Part shown: positions 1 through 12,021 of the stretch, in pieces | Layout of the letters: each line of letters starts with the position of its first letter | Position numbering within the stretch: position 1 is the first letter of the stretch | Source: Takakia lepidozioides | Lineage: Eukaryota; Plantae; Bryophyta | Direction of reading: 5' to 3' | Length of the DNA: 64,000 bases | NCBI GenBank assembly: GCA_030704615.1 | Contig: CM060731.1 | Span: 806,001-870,000, forward strand | The notes under the pieces: model-generated | The model's input: the letters and a program-made list of their open reading frames with translations, nothing else | Database searches by the model: none | Told to the model about the DNA's origin: nothing | Translations under genes and position numbers: made by a program

Positions 1-1182
1 ATTGTGGGTTTTGTTCCTTGGAAGCACGGAGGTCTACACATGCTTCCACTATTTTGTGTTCGTACTCCTTTGGTGAGTACCAATACCTTTGCAGCTTCTT
101 TAACCGCGTCTGGTGCACAAAGGAGACCCAATCGGGTCCACCCTTCTCATAAGCATCCTCCATCGATTCAGAAGACTGGAAACGAACAGGAAACTATGCG
201 AGAAGACTGAAACAACAGGAAAAACTCTCAGTGGAAGAAGAGACGAGGACGAACACAGGAAGAACAAAAAGCAGTAAATAATATGAGAAAGAGTTCTTTG
301 CAGTTGGAGGAGCCTTCGCGTACTTACAGGAGCCTTTGTATTCGCAACGCTTGGGAGCTCGGAGGACTCTCTGAATCTACGGAAGGAGGACGGTCTGCTC
401 GCAGTGGTCGTGGCAGACCGAGGCGGGGTCAGCAGCGGGAAATGGAGATGGAGGGCACTGAAACGAAAATGCACATGGAAAGGGCAGAGAGACACATCGG
501 AAGACCACACAACTCGCGTGAAGAAGAAGTTCAAACTAACAGCAGACGGGCCATGCAAAATGACGTGGCGCGTCATCATTGGCGCCGGCAGCGCTGTCAT
601 GCATTTAAGACGGACAACAGACCCATTATCTAGCAGACTGTTCAGCGGACGGAGTGTCCAGCGGACATGCAGAACATTGTGCATCATTGGGCCCGCATGC
701 GCCGTCCACGCATTTAATAGGTCCGGCAGATCCACTGTCCAGTAGACTGCCAGGTGCCCACTTCCCAACAAACTTCCCAACAGACTGCCGCTGCAACCGG
801 CTGCCAGGCTGCGTCGACCAGCAGACTTTGACGTGCGAGAAATGATGGCCCAACAGACCCACCTCAAACAGACTTGCCGCACACCAGACTTGGCGAACTG
901 GTAGCTGAACATACTGATATCCCAAGAGAGGATTGTCATGCTTGCCGCCGCTGTCGGATTTAAGAGGGTCCACCAGACTCCCACGTTCTGATGTGGACGG
1001 CCCAACAGACACAGTACAAACAGACTTGCGGCAGTCGAACAGACAAAAGTGGCAGTCCAACAGACGGCTTGGAGTCCAGCAGTGGCAGTCTAGCAGTCCC
1101 AAGAGAGCCTTTGTCTGCGAAAGATGATTTAATTGGTGTAGCAGACTTGGACGTGGTGCAAAGTCTGGCCGAACAGACCCAC

Positions 1183-1540
1183 TGTCGTGGCCCTTTGCCT
1201 TGAGGGCAGGGGGTCGGGACACAAGAGGGGCTGCCCCTGTGGTGGGGGCAGTGGCAACAATAGGTACGGGGGATGAAGCACCCTTGAGTGCCGAAGGCAC
1301 TCAAGGAGGCGGAGGCGCTCACTAGGTGGAGCCCCGCACACCGGGTTGCGGTGGGGGTGGTTCCACGAGGGGTGGTGGTAGCTTAGTGGGGCTTAGTGGG
1401 GATGGCATAGGACTCACCATGGGGCGGAGACCTTGTGGTGGGAGTCGTGGGTGGGCCAAGACTCACCGCGACTCATCACCGGGAGTCAAGGGTCTTCGTG
1501 GTGGTTCGCCATAAAAGGACGGTGTTGTTTGTGAAACCCC
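1183..1540 (+). mobile_element. Truncated LTR (U3 half) of the same Ty3/gypsy family as the element at 51881-58766
   Basis: Starts TGTCGTGG at 1183. Matches the reverse complement of the LTR at 58039-58766 (gccttgagggcagggggtcgggacac...gtggttcgccataaaa...gtgaaacccc) and stops abruptly at 1540. Confidence 0.9.
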
Positions 1541-2309
1541 CACTAGAAAGAAAACGCGGAATAACCACTTTGTTAACCACTCATTTTGAGTGGTAAAAGA
1601 CACTAAACCACTCTGGCCCCAGAGTGATGAAGAACCAGTGGATTAGGACAAGTGAGTGGTAAAAGACATTACGTGGCATCAGTGGTTAAGGACAGTGGTT
1701 CGAACCACTCACGTCCGGGTCCACCTGTTCGCTGACATGTCACAGTGGTAAATTAACCACTGTGACATGTCACTGAGGTAAACCAACCACTTCTGACGTG
1801 TCACAGTGGTAAACTGACGTGTCATAGTGGTAAAGTAACCACTTCCGTTTTCCAATGGACACGTGGAAGTCGGTGGTCCGTGGATGATATTGGAGATTAT
1901 GTTGACATGTGACGACACTCTCAGCATAGACACGTGTCCTGTGTCGGTGCTACAAAATGGATGGAGTGAAAAATTCAATGACTTCCGAAACCACTTGTTG
2001 AGTGATTGCGAAATGACTCACAGAGTCATTCTATGAAAACTGAGAATATACAATATCACTCAAACCGTGGTTATGTGAGTGTGACGTCTCTCAACAGGTC
2101 AATGGAATGATTACCCACATAGTGGTATGTAAGCTGTTTTGAATCATCCATGGTGTCTCTCTGAGTGGGAACTATGGATTGGAATGATTACTAACATAGT
2201 GGTGTGTAAGTGATTAGGAATACCATTGGAGGAATTAATACCACTAATATAGTAATATATAGGTGATTACTTATACCACTGCAGGAGTGGTAATGGAGGC
2301 AATTGTGTG
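1541..2309. mobile_element. One end of a CACTA/EnSpm DNA transposon with subterminal repeats; the other end is not seen
   Basis: Begins CACTAGAAAGAAAA exactly where the LTR breaks. Followed by many ACCACT/AGTGGT motifs in both orientations, including palindromic tgacatgtcacagtggt...accactgtgacatgtca blocks. Confidence 0.75.
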
Positions 2310-2877
2310 TATTGCCTCTCATTTTTGAATAATTGGGAGTTTATGTCGCACGTGTGGGACAGGGCGCGCACGCCCGCACGGACGCGGGGTCGCCCTCCCC
2401 CGCCCCACCCACCCCCACCTGTCAGCCGCGCACCGCGGTCGGTAGCCCCGCAGCCGCCCGCGGCCCTGCCCGCACGCCGCCCAGCCCGCCCCCGGACCGC
2501 GGCCCCCGCCCGCCCGCCCGCCCTCGCCGCTGGGTCCGCCCGCCATCGGGTCCCCAGTGAGTCTGCCCAAGCTCGGTCTGCGAGGTCTGCCCGCAGACCA
2601 CCCCAGACCGGCACAACAGACCTAGACGCACCCCAGATGATGTGCCGCCCATCTCACCGTGATGCCGCGCTGCTATCGTAGCCGCCCGGATTTAGGGCAT
2701 GGCAGCCGCCGCCAATCGTGGGCGAAGTCTATTTCATTGATTTTTTCCTCCCTCTGGTATGTTCCTGCCAACGCGCTTCCGTCCTGCCAAGAACGTGCGT
2801 GTTGTCGTCCTTCGCTTCCACTTTTCCAGGTCGTATTGCAGGTGCTTTCGAGTGCGCGAAGGGGTACTGCAGTGTAT

Positions 2878-5715
2878 ATGGCAGCGGCCGTCGATGCCCA
2901 ACCAGAAAGCTTTCTTATACGTCCACTGCGACAATGTCTTCAAACACCTAAAGATGGGCCATTTTCCTGCAAAGACCTTTATTGGAAGAACGAGAGTCGC
3001 TCAGGATACATGGGCTCTCAAGTGCGGGTCCGCACGACATGTATTCCCTGGCAGAGAGTGCCCGACTTTGTACTTGGAGAGGAGAGTAGAGACGGGTGTT
3101 CCACCCAATTTTACATAAATGTACATATTAACACGAAGCCCGGACCGCAAAGAGCTCCAAGAGCTAACACATATCTAACCTCTGTCATGTCTGCACCATA
3201 TCCCCGCACTGCCTCTTTGTTCATGCCCTGTGCTTGTGCTTGCCGGACATGTACATGCATGATATGTAGATAGGGTTTAGGCTGTCTTACATGCTTGCAG
3301 AACTCCATGGGTGTCGATGACATACTCCGGTGTCGATAACATACGACCCTGTCCAGGTATCAGTGTTGCTATGGACCAGAGGACAAGCGCACCAACAATT
3401 TGACTGTCACGGATCCTAAAGTCAAGCGAGGAGGTCCGGACATTGGGGCTAGAAGCAGTAATCCTCACAAAGGTCCAAGACGAAAGAAAAGCCAATACGG
3501 CGAGTCTTACAAGCGTGGGTGTCTCTGTTGTTTCAAAGTCTCGCAATGTTATCTTGCTCCAGACATTGGGGTCATCACATATTATAACAACATGCAACAC
3601 CTGGATGTGTCCGGAAAACCCTCTCATGGCGGATATGCTGAGTTCTAGTTCAGCCGATATGCTTATGCTCCACATATTAGCGAGGAGCTCAAAAAGTGGA
3701 TCATGGAATGCTTGTCTCGAGGCTTGAGTGTCGCCCAAGTCATGATTGAACACAAGGAGCACGTCATGCAGAACAGTGACTTGGGGGACGCATGGACACG
3801 CGACGACTTTCTCCTCGAGCAAGATGTCCGAAATCTCGCTGAAAAACGAGCCTGGCAGACCTTCAAAAAACACGTTGATGACGCACAATCCGTGCGTATG
3901 TGGAAAGATCAAAACCCGGACTCGGTCTTCTTCTACCAGGAGGAATCATTGGCACCCACATTTCAACATTTTGATGGAGATTTGACCTTCACCATTGGGA
4001 TTCAGACTCCTTGGAAGCGGCGGAAGATGTTGGACTTGGGCCATGCGCGCATCGTAGCTTGTGACGCTACATTTGGAACTAACCATCACAAGGTCTGCCA
4101 TGGACCCTCTCCACGGGCTTCTGCTAGCATGATAGCATACTACAATGGTCTCCCACTCTTGTGGTGCATTGCTTATTCGTCCTCAATCCCGATAGACCTA
4201 ACTGTTGTAGACCCTGTCCCAGTACACCCTGTTCCAGTAGACCTTCCACTGCACTCTGTTTTAGGGCAGACCCTTTTGCGTGTTCACCCTGTCACAGTAG
4301 ACCCTGTGCCTGTTCACCAAGTTGCAGTACACCCTGTGCGTCTTCACCAAGTTGCAATACACCATGTGCGTTTTCACCCTATTGCAGTAGACCCTGTGCC
4401 TGTCGGTACGACACTGGTCTGCTAATTACAAATTGTCATTTCATGCAGTTCCCCTTGTACACGTTGATGGTGTTCGACCAATGATTGAACAGAATTCTGG
4501 TTGCATACATTTTGTCAGCACGCAATCGAACATCAGACCTTATCCCGTGGATGCTAGCATTGCGTGATGCCCTCCTTCAGGAAAAGCCCAACTGGCGGCC
4601 AAATGTCTTCATTGTCGACGACGCTGATGCAAAAATCAATGTAATCCGGTATGCCACATCTCAATCTGCCCTATGGTCTGCTGTATGGTCCGCAACAAGG
4701 TCTGCCATGTCTGGTCTGGTATGCCACATCTCATTCTGCCCTATGGTTTGCCCTATGGTTTGCTTCAGGGTCTGCTATATGGTCTGCCCTATATGGTCTG
4801 CCCTGTTTAATCTCATGCTTGTGGCAGTGCTGAATACGAATGCCCGGTTCAAGCACTTCTGACTTTGTGGCCGCATGCAGGTCTGTTTTCACAGGAGTAT
4901 GCATTTTCCTTTGCCTTTGGCATGTACGGAAGGCCTGGGTCAAGCAATCATGCCAAAAAATCAGTGATCCGGGAACATCCTCGAAACTGTTGGCAGATAT
5001 GGGCGACCTTATGTACTGCAGAGGTGGACCGCAGAAAGAAGACGAAGCTGTGAAATGGGTTAAGAAAAAATTGAAGGCAATGAAAAAGAAATATCCGTCT
5101 AGTCAGTTGTTCCTCCACTACATTCATGTGTACTGGGTTCCCAAAATCGCTATGTGGTGTACTGCTGCCCGCAACATTCCACATGCAAGCCAAGATACTA
5201 ATGCGAGCATCGAGGCATACCACGGAAACTTAAAGGCGAGACTTAATATGGGCAAAGGCAAAATGACCGGTCGAAGAGCCGATTGGCTCATATGGGAGTT
5301 GACTGGGCGTGTACTGGTCCACTACTGGTACGACATTCATTTGAAGACGCATGGGTTTATTTGCAACGATTAACAGGAAAAGCACATTTCCAGTGCAATA
5401 TGTGCAGCCCGTGACATACCTCTTTCACGTGTGACTTTGCCTGCAGCGCCTGGGCAGCCTGCTTACGTCATCAGCTCCTCCGATCCGAATACAACGTACA
5501 CCGTGTTCAATCCAGAGTCGAAGTGGGCCTGCTGCACCTGCCTGTGGGCGCTGAAAGGCAATCTGTGCAAGCACCAGGTTCGGATCATAAAGTTGCTAAA
5601 ACTAGACCTGCAAGATGGTCTCATTGTCCGGACATGTGGTTCCCACTTCGGTACTGTTCACGGTGGGCTGGAGAATTTGGAAACATGCGGTCAAGCACAA
5701 AGGGTGTACCAGTAG
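2878..5715 (+). pseudogene. MULE-type DDE transposase with SWIM zinc finger (spliced, premature stops)
   Basis: Four exons give CCYGPED, KRGC, ACDATFGTN|FPLYTLMVFD, FIVDDADA, LCLWHVRKAW, QDTNASIEAYH and SWIM CTC..GNLCKH. In-frame stops at about 3646, 4482 and 5371. Confidence 0.88.
4195..4405. repeat. 15/30-bp degenerate tandem repeat in a transposase intron
   Basis: Repeated cagtagaccctgtgc / cagtacaccctgttc units between the donor at ~4093 and the acceptor at ~4448. Confidence 0.8.
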
Positions 5716-6364
5716 TGATAACCCCCACCGTAGGGGCCAGTTCGACCCATGGAGTGCAGGCGGCGTCTAGAACGGGACCACAAAGTGTTAATAAACCCCA
5801 GGACAAAATTTTGTTGCGAAGCCGAGCTAGCCAGCTCCGGGAGGGTATGAAGGAGGCGGCTGTTGCATTGGAAAAGAAGTTGGAGGAACCTGCTTCACCA
5901 AATAGAGCTGGGAAGAAGCGCATACCAGATGGCGTGGCAGACCCGAGGGTAAAAATAATTTCCCCCCCAAAAGGCGTTGCAAAAAAACCGAAGTCCGGAG
6001 TATACATGAGTGTTGACTGGAAGGTCTGCTTGGAAGTGGAGAGCGAAGTTGCGGAGCTGCGTAACAAACAAAAGTAGTGTCGTTGGTCTGCTTGCGATGC
6101 TTTGAAGATACCAAGTCTATGGGTCTACAGCAAAAAGGTTGTATGGATCTACTTAATGGGTCTGCTGGGTTAGATGTGGCTGCCGTTTGTCCGCTCCATT
6201 GGCCTGCTCCGTTGGTCTGGTCCTTGGGTCTGGAACCGTATCCGTTGTAGGTCTGGTCCTTTTGGGTCCGCCAGCCCGGTTCTTAAAGGGTTTTCCCAAG
6301 TTTGTGTGGGTTCACTGCCTGATTTGGCTCCACTTTCAACGCACATATCTCTGAGGGAAAAGCA

Positions 6365-7344
6365 ATGCTGTACTTTTTTGAAAACGACCCACAGTTTGAG
6401 TGCAATATTTCCACCGAGGACCTCAAATCGCTAGAGAAACAGGAATCCGAGGTTACAGACCGATTGCTTGAGTTGTGGTGTAGGTTTTATCAGAAGGATC
6501 TAGATGTCAAGACATATAATGATGTTGCTATTTTGCCGACGTGGGTTTGGAGTGTAGTGAAGATTCACTGGAGTGCAGGTCAGGAACGGGTTCGCTCGCA
6601 GGTGGAGCACGGATTGACAGTGCATCGTATGGGGAAGGACCTGAAGACCTGCAAGTACATACTGGTACCAATAGTTGATGGGTAAGTGCTCTGCGTTCGT
6701 GCGTACCACTGTTTCTCTGCCCTTTATCATTGGTCCACCATCACTGGTCTGCAACATTGGTCTGCCCAGGTCTACCAGTCTGCTCAATGGGTCTGCCATT
6801 TTGATTTGCAGCTGTTCCCTTGTGCTGATGCGCCCTGCGTTGTGACAGGTCTCATTGGAGTTTGGTGATTATTGACCGGGTGCTCCGCGTGTTCACTCAT
6901 CTGAACTCAATCAAGGAGATGCACAAACCCATGGAGATATTGCCATGGGTTCGAAATGTGTATGGAGCATGTCTCGGCTTGGAGCCGCACACTGCGTCGT
7001 GGGACGAGGCCACTGGATTCAATTTTCATGTCCCTGAAGTGCCACAACAACCCTTCTCTTGGGAATGTGGCTTTTACGTCATGTCCTTTATCGAGGGGAT
7101 CTATGACTGGTTGAAGGGCGATCGTGGCAAAGGACTTAGAGAGAGAGGAAAGCCGTTTACCTCAAAGTGGTTTACATTCCGCTATGCTTGCAGGCAACGC
7201 CTAAAGTGTGTTGGGTACATTTTGAAAGCACTCAGGACTATAGAGAATGTAGTTATAGAAAGACAGTTGTCATCTAGGAAGATCTTGGACGTGTCAGACT
7301 CTTCCGAAGTCCGGGTTATTTCATCTAGGCCTGGCAATAAATGA
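6365..7344 (+). CDS. Ulp1-like (peptidase C48) SUMO protease domain carried by the MULE
   Basis: Exons YILVPIVDG|SHWSLVII...HLNS...VPQQPFSWECGFYV with GT-AG intron ~6682-6849. Catalytic His, Gln and Cys are present; the Asp position reads Asn. Confidence 0.8.
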
Positions 7345-7399
7345 AAATTCACTCATGCGGTCTGTGGTGCAGGTCTGTTCATTTTTGTATATGATATAC

Positions 7400-8010
7400 A
7401 CTTTTGTGGAACATTTCATTAGTCTGCTGTCGTGGTCTACTGCTAAACATTTCTGCTCGATGTTTTGTATTGAGTATTGCTCCACGTGGTCTGCTTGTGA
7501 ACCGATGTATGCTGTACTCCTGGCCGTGGTCTACTTCTGAAGTGATTGGTCTGCTATCTCCACGGAGTGGACTTAATTTGGACCACTGTTGTTGGTCTCC
7601 TCCATGAAATAGTGGTATACCAAATTCGGTGGCATAGGTTAGTCCCATCGTTAGTCGATTGTACTGTCTTGGGCTACCCCTGTACTGTATTGGTCTGCTT
7701 CATATGGTCTGTGGAACATTTCATGAGTCTGTTGTCGTGGTCTACTCTACTACTACATTTTGTATTGAGTAATGATCCGCGTTTTGCTGGTCCGATGTTA
7801 TTGATCTGTCGATATATGCAGTTCTCCTCGACGTGGTCTGCTACTGAATTAATGTTATTGGTCTGCTACCTCCAGTGGACTGAGTTTGGACCACGGTTGC
7901 TGGTTTGCTCCGTGACATAGTGGTATACTAAATTCGGTGGTCAACTAAATGTGGGGCACAAGTCAGTCCCATCGTTAGTCGAGTGTACTGTCTTTGGTCT
8001 GCTTCATTGA
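7400..8010. repeat. About 310-bp diverged tandem duplication
   Basis: gtggaacatttcat..gtctg.tgtcgtggtctac at ~7406 and ~7711; atagtggtatac.aaattcggtgg at ~7609 and ~7917; agtcccatcgttagtcga at ~7641 and ~7965. Confidence 0.8.
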
Positions 8011-8160
8011 ACTATGTTTGCTTCATTACTCTACTACATTCGTTTACTGGTTCACTTTGGCTCATTTTTCGACTTCATGATCTCCTTCATCAAACGTTTA
8101 AAAAGCACATTAAGGGAGTCGCAGATGCTCCGCCGCATTGGTCTATTACATGTCAGTGCT

Positions 8161-8375
8161 GGTCTACTGCAGGTGGTGTGCTATCATGGTTTGCCGAAAT
8201 GGTCTAATTCAGGTGGGCTGCAATAACGGTATGCCGATCTGGTCTATTGCAGGTGGTGTCTGATTATGGTCTGCCGAATTGGTCTACTTCAGGTGGTATG
8301 CGATAACGGTCTGCCAATCTGGTCTACTGCAGGTGGTCTGCCATAATGGTCTTCCGATCTGGTCTACTGCAGGTG
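8161..8375. repeat. 40-bp tandem repeat (about 5.4 units) with 80-bp alternation
   Basis: Units start at 8161, 8201, 8241, 8281, 8321 and 8361 (ggtcta.t.caggtg...). Even units share ttcagg and ataacggt. Confidence 0.9.
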
Positions 8376-8415
8376 AGAATTGATCTACCGCATTGGACAA
8401 CTGCAGGTCCTTTCC

Positions 8416-11400
8416 TTAGTTAGATTGATCCATCTTTCTCAGTTCTGGACGATGAGACACCTGCCTCAAAGCCGAGTAAATATGGCTAACAGGGGGAAGG
8501 GCAGACACACGTTTCCCCCCATTTAGTTTCATTTTCCGCCGAGCTTGAAAATGTTCCACAAAATCCTTTTTCCTCTTCAATGACATATTGTTGTTGTCTT
8601 TTACACGATTGAACGCTCGTGCTGCAGCCGGGTGTAACATGCCGGAAGCTTTTTTGACGAGGATGTCCTGCATTTGCCCTCGGCAAACACGCACCGTAGA
8701 CAAGCAATGGTGTATAAGGTATGCGTCGTTGTGTACAAGGTCAAGCAGGTCGGTTATCTCCCGTTTCAAAATAGCTTCCAACAGGTTTGCCGTGAGCAAT
8801 GACTCTGCCATGTTCGGGGTTGCGCTTGCACGCAAGTTACCGCTTTCGAAGTCGTATGCTACCATGTCGTCGTGTTCGCACCTGCAACGGACCACGAGCT
8901 GAGACCTCAGACGCCACAACCTTCACACGAATATCAGACAACAAAACATCAGCAATGACCACCCAAATGCACTAGGAAAAAAAAATGGACTGCAAAAATG
9001 CAATGGAATCAGACCTTTGTGGGCGCTGTGGGTGTCTGCAATTGCATCACTCCTGTGGCAGGTACATCTTCGACTATAGTGACTGGTTCCACAGAATGAG
9101 AAGGGACAGAAACATGTGCATGTGTTTCGACAAGGTCTGATGAATGGTCTGCTATGGGGTCGAACATGCGGAGCACCCTATCAACAGATTGGTCTATTGC
9201 CAGTAGTGGGTCTACAGACGAGTCGGGGTCCACAAAAGTAAGCGGCGAAATGGCCAAAGATGCATCCTCATCTGCAGTAGACCCTGCCTCTAACAGATGG
9301 GGAAGGTCACCAACCAAACTGTCACAGTCATAGTCCATTGTTGCAATTGCAGAATTGGTCTGTACTATGGATAAATGAGCACTGACGCCTTCCCGGTTCT
9401 GTTTAGGCAGTGCTGTGTCAAAAGGTCTGGTGGCAAGGGTAAGGTCCACTACCATTCTCTGCTTCTCAGCAGATGTTGCAGTGGGGTGGAAAGGAATTGC
9501 TCCTCTCATTTTCGGCAACTCGTATGTGCCAGGGAGGATGGGCGTTGCTTCCTGGGTTATCGCCAGGTCTCCAGATGGTCTGATGTCCAACACTGGCAAG
9601 GTCTGTTGATGTTGGAATGGTGAGGTGTCGGCGTCCATACCTGCATCGCGATCCACTTCTGCGGTGCATTTGTCAAGCAATGTACCAGCCAGGGTGTCCT
9701 CCGGCAAGGTCTGATCTTCTCTCCTCTGCTCCAACAAGGTCTGATCAGGTCTGCACTAGTCGGGAAATGTCTGCTCTGAGACGGTCTGGTGTGGTGTGGT
9801 GTGGTGTGGTCTGGTATCCTTTGGTCTTTTGGGGTATGGTCTGTTGTGCACTCGGATCGTCTGGAGTCCTGCGTTGTGGTCTGGTCTGCTGTGGTCTAGT
9901 CTTCTGTGGTCTGCTCTTGTCTTGTCTGGTGTGGGGTGGTCTGGTCTGATTTGGTGTGGTCTGGTCGTGTCTGGTCTTGTCGAGTCTGCTGTGGTGTGCT
10001 CTGGCCTGCACTGATCTGCTCAGGTATGATTTCCACTGCAGCAGTCTGCTTCGTCAATGTGATGGGTGCCCGTTGATCTGGAAAGGTCTGCCCATGTCCA
10101 ATCTGGAAGTTGTTATCTGCAAAGGTCTGCATAACCAAGGTCTCCCCGGTAATTTCGGGTAAGGTGTGCAATGCCTCGACGAAAGTTTGTTTTGGCAACG
10201 AAAAGTTTTTGTCACCCACATTCTCTGGCTTGGGATCACTGGCAATCCAGTCAGGGGTCTGCTGGTTGGCATGTCGGTACTTGGGATTTGGCTGGGAAGG
10301 GTCTACTCGCTCCACAGTCTGCTCGCTGCGGGTCTCCTGGGTCTCCATGGGAGTTGGGTTATGTGTGTCTGTTGTTGTATGAACTCCAATGAGCCTACAC
10401 TTAACGGGTGACTCGACTCCAGTATGGCCACGGAGGGCTCGTAGAAGCTGCCTTGCACCATTGGCGTACTCGTCAAGAGCATTCCGAACAAGCTCGTCCT
10501 CTGGATCATACTCTGCAACATGTCACAAACACGTCAAAACAAAGCACTCATCCCTGGTCTGCTAACAAACGGAAGAATACATGGGGGTTTGATTCACATG
10601 GGGCTCTGTTGGTTGTCATGGTTCATAAAGTCTGCTAGAAGGTCCTCGTTTGTGGTCAATGTCAAGGTCTGTTTAAAAGGTCTGTTCAAAAGGTCTGTGT
10701 AAAAGGTCTGTTTAAAAGGTCTGTTAACAAGGTCTGTTAGGTCTGATGACATACCATGATCTAGGACTGTGGTCCATAGCCCAATATCTTTCATAAGCCG
10801 ATCCATGAAGGCCTCGTCAAGCTCTCCTAGAACTGCAACACGGTCCTCTGCTAGAAACCCGCTCCAGAGCACTTGGAAAGCATGTCGTTTGTTGAATGCA
10901 ATGTCGAAAACCGCACACTCCTGCACAGTCACAAACCACATCATGGCGTCTTGCGTGATACTTTCCTGAGCCTCTTCGCTTCCGTGCAGCAGGTCCATCC
11001 GTAGGTTGTGAAGGTCTTTTTTTAATTTGGTGTAAGACCTGAAATTGCCAAATTGCATCCATTGACGGCGGAGGAAACAATCTGCCATCTCCTCAAAAGC
11101 ACTCTCTGTCAAGCTCGCTAAGTGCTTCGGACGAACACCAAATATTGGGTGGGCGATGGCCATGTGCCTTATCTCCAGTGGGCATGGGTCGTGCATGAGA
11201 AAGAGCTGCGCAATAAGCGGTGGCTCGGTCTCCTCTGCCAGAAGCGCCACTCCATACTCACAGGCTTTGTCCAAAACACGAGTCGCCTCCTCCACCGTGA
11301 ACTCCATTGAGGAGTGTTGCAGAGCAAAGGTCCACCGGGAGGCGACAATGCGGTGAAGCCCATTGAAGAGTGGGGTCCTCCTCATCAGTTGCAATTCACA

Positions 11401-12021
11401 CATGCATCTCAGGGACAAGTCTGATGAGAGGGCAAACAGGCTGAAACGTGCCCTCACCACATTGTCCTTGACCCATGGAGGATTTGACCGACCATCAACC
11501 CAAAAGGACCTCTTGTGTGTGTTGTTTGTCTGTAGTCAAGTAATGTCGGATTGCAATCAACCAATTGGTCTGTGAGAACCACTACGGTGCAGCTGAGCAG
11601 GCAGGGATTGAAACACGGCCTGCTAAGACCTGCAAGCTGACTCTCCCAAGAACCTTGTAAACATTAGGAAGAATACCAAATCATGGTACTCACAGGAGTC
11701 AAGAGCCCACCTTTGCAGGATGGACGAACTTCTTCACATCGTACATTAAGAAAAGCCACACCTGGTGATTGCGGTTGTCCCACCATCGTGAAGGATCGGT
11801 ATAAAACTCATGCACCCTCACATAAGCCTAACCTTCCCTAAAGCACAACAAGAAGGCCAAAATAGTAGAAGCATATGCACGATGGTGGCTGTAGAGCCCG
11901 GCCCGCCTGTCCTGTCATGTTCAGGCACACCCTTCATCATCATCAACGTCGCTCGTGCACAAGAAGAAGACAGCGTGCGTGGAAACGCCCTTCGCAACAT
12001 CCGACAACAAAGAGCCCTCAT
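8416..12021 (-). pseudogene. Accessory (mudrB-position) gene of the MULE: transit-peptide-like N-terminus, OSB-type PDF motif, unknown helical domain, low-complexity repeats
   Basis: Fragments EFYTDPSRWWDNRNHQ (11762-11809) and NPTLLDYRQTT/HKRSFWVDGRSNPPWVK (11467-11552) run into ORF 10594-11460. Further ORF pieces at 9896-10348, 9009-9737 and 8416-8919. Stops and frameshifts are present. Confidence 0.6.
9780..10005. repeat. Pentamer-based (TGGTC/TGGTG) low-complexity repeat
   Basis: ggtctggtgtggtgtggtgtggtgtggtctgg...; continuous 5-bp periodicity. Confidence 0.85.

Noticed and set aside
100-1005. 301-aa minus-strand ORF and overlapping ORFs
   Set aside because: No recognisable motifs; the region is CAGAC-rich, TE-like non-coding sequence.
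2267-2681. Several Pro/Arg/Ala/Gly-rich ORFs (also 12051-12404)
   Set aside because: Artefacts of the very GC-rich TIRs, open in many frames.
4093-4425. VDPVPVHPV repeat extension of the transposase ORF
   Set aside because: Lies between a GT donor and an AG acceptor. The paralog at ~59187-59275 has a short intron at the same place without it.
8161-8375. CRISPR-like periodicity
   Set aside because: The whole 40-bp unit is repeated with no unique spacers; eukaryotic context and no cas genes.
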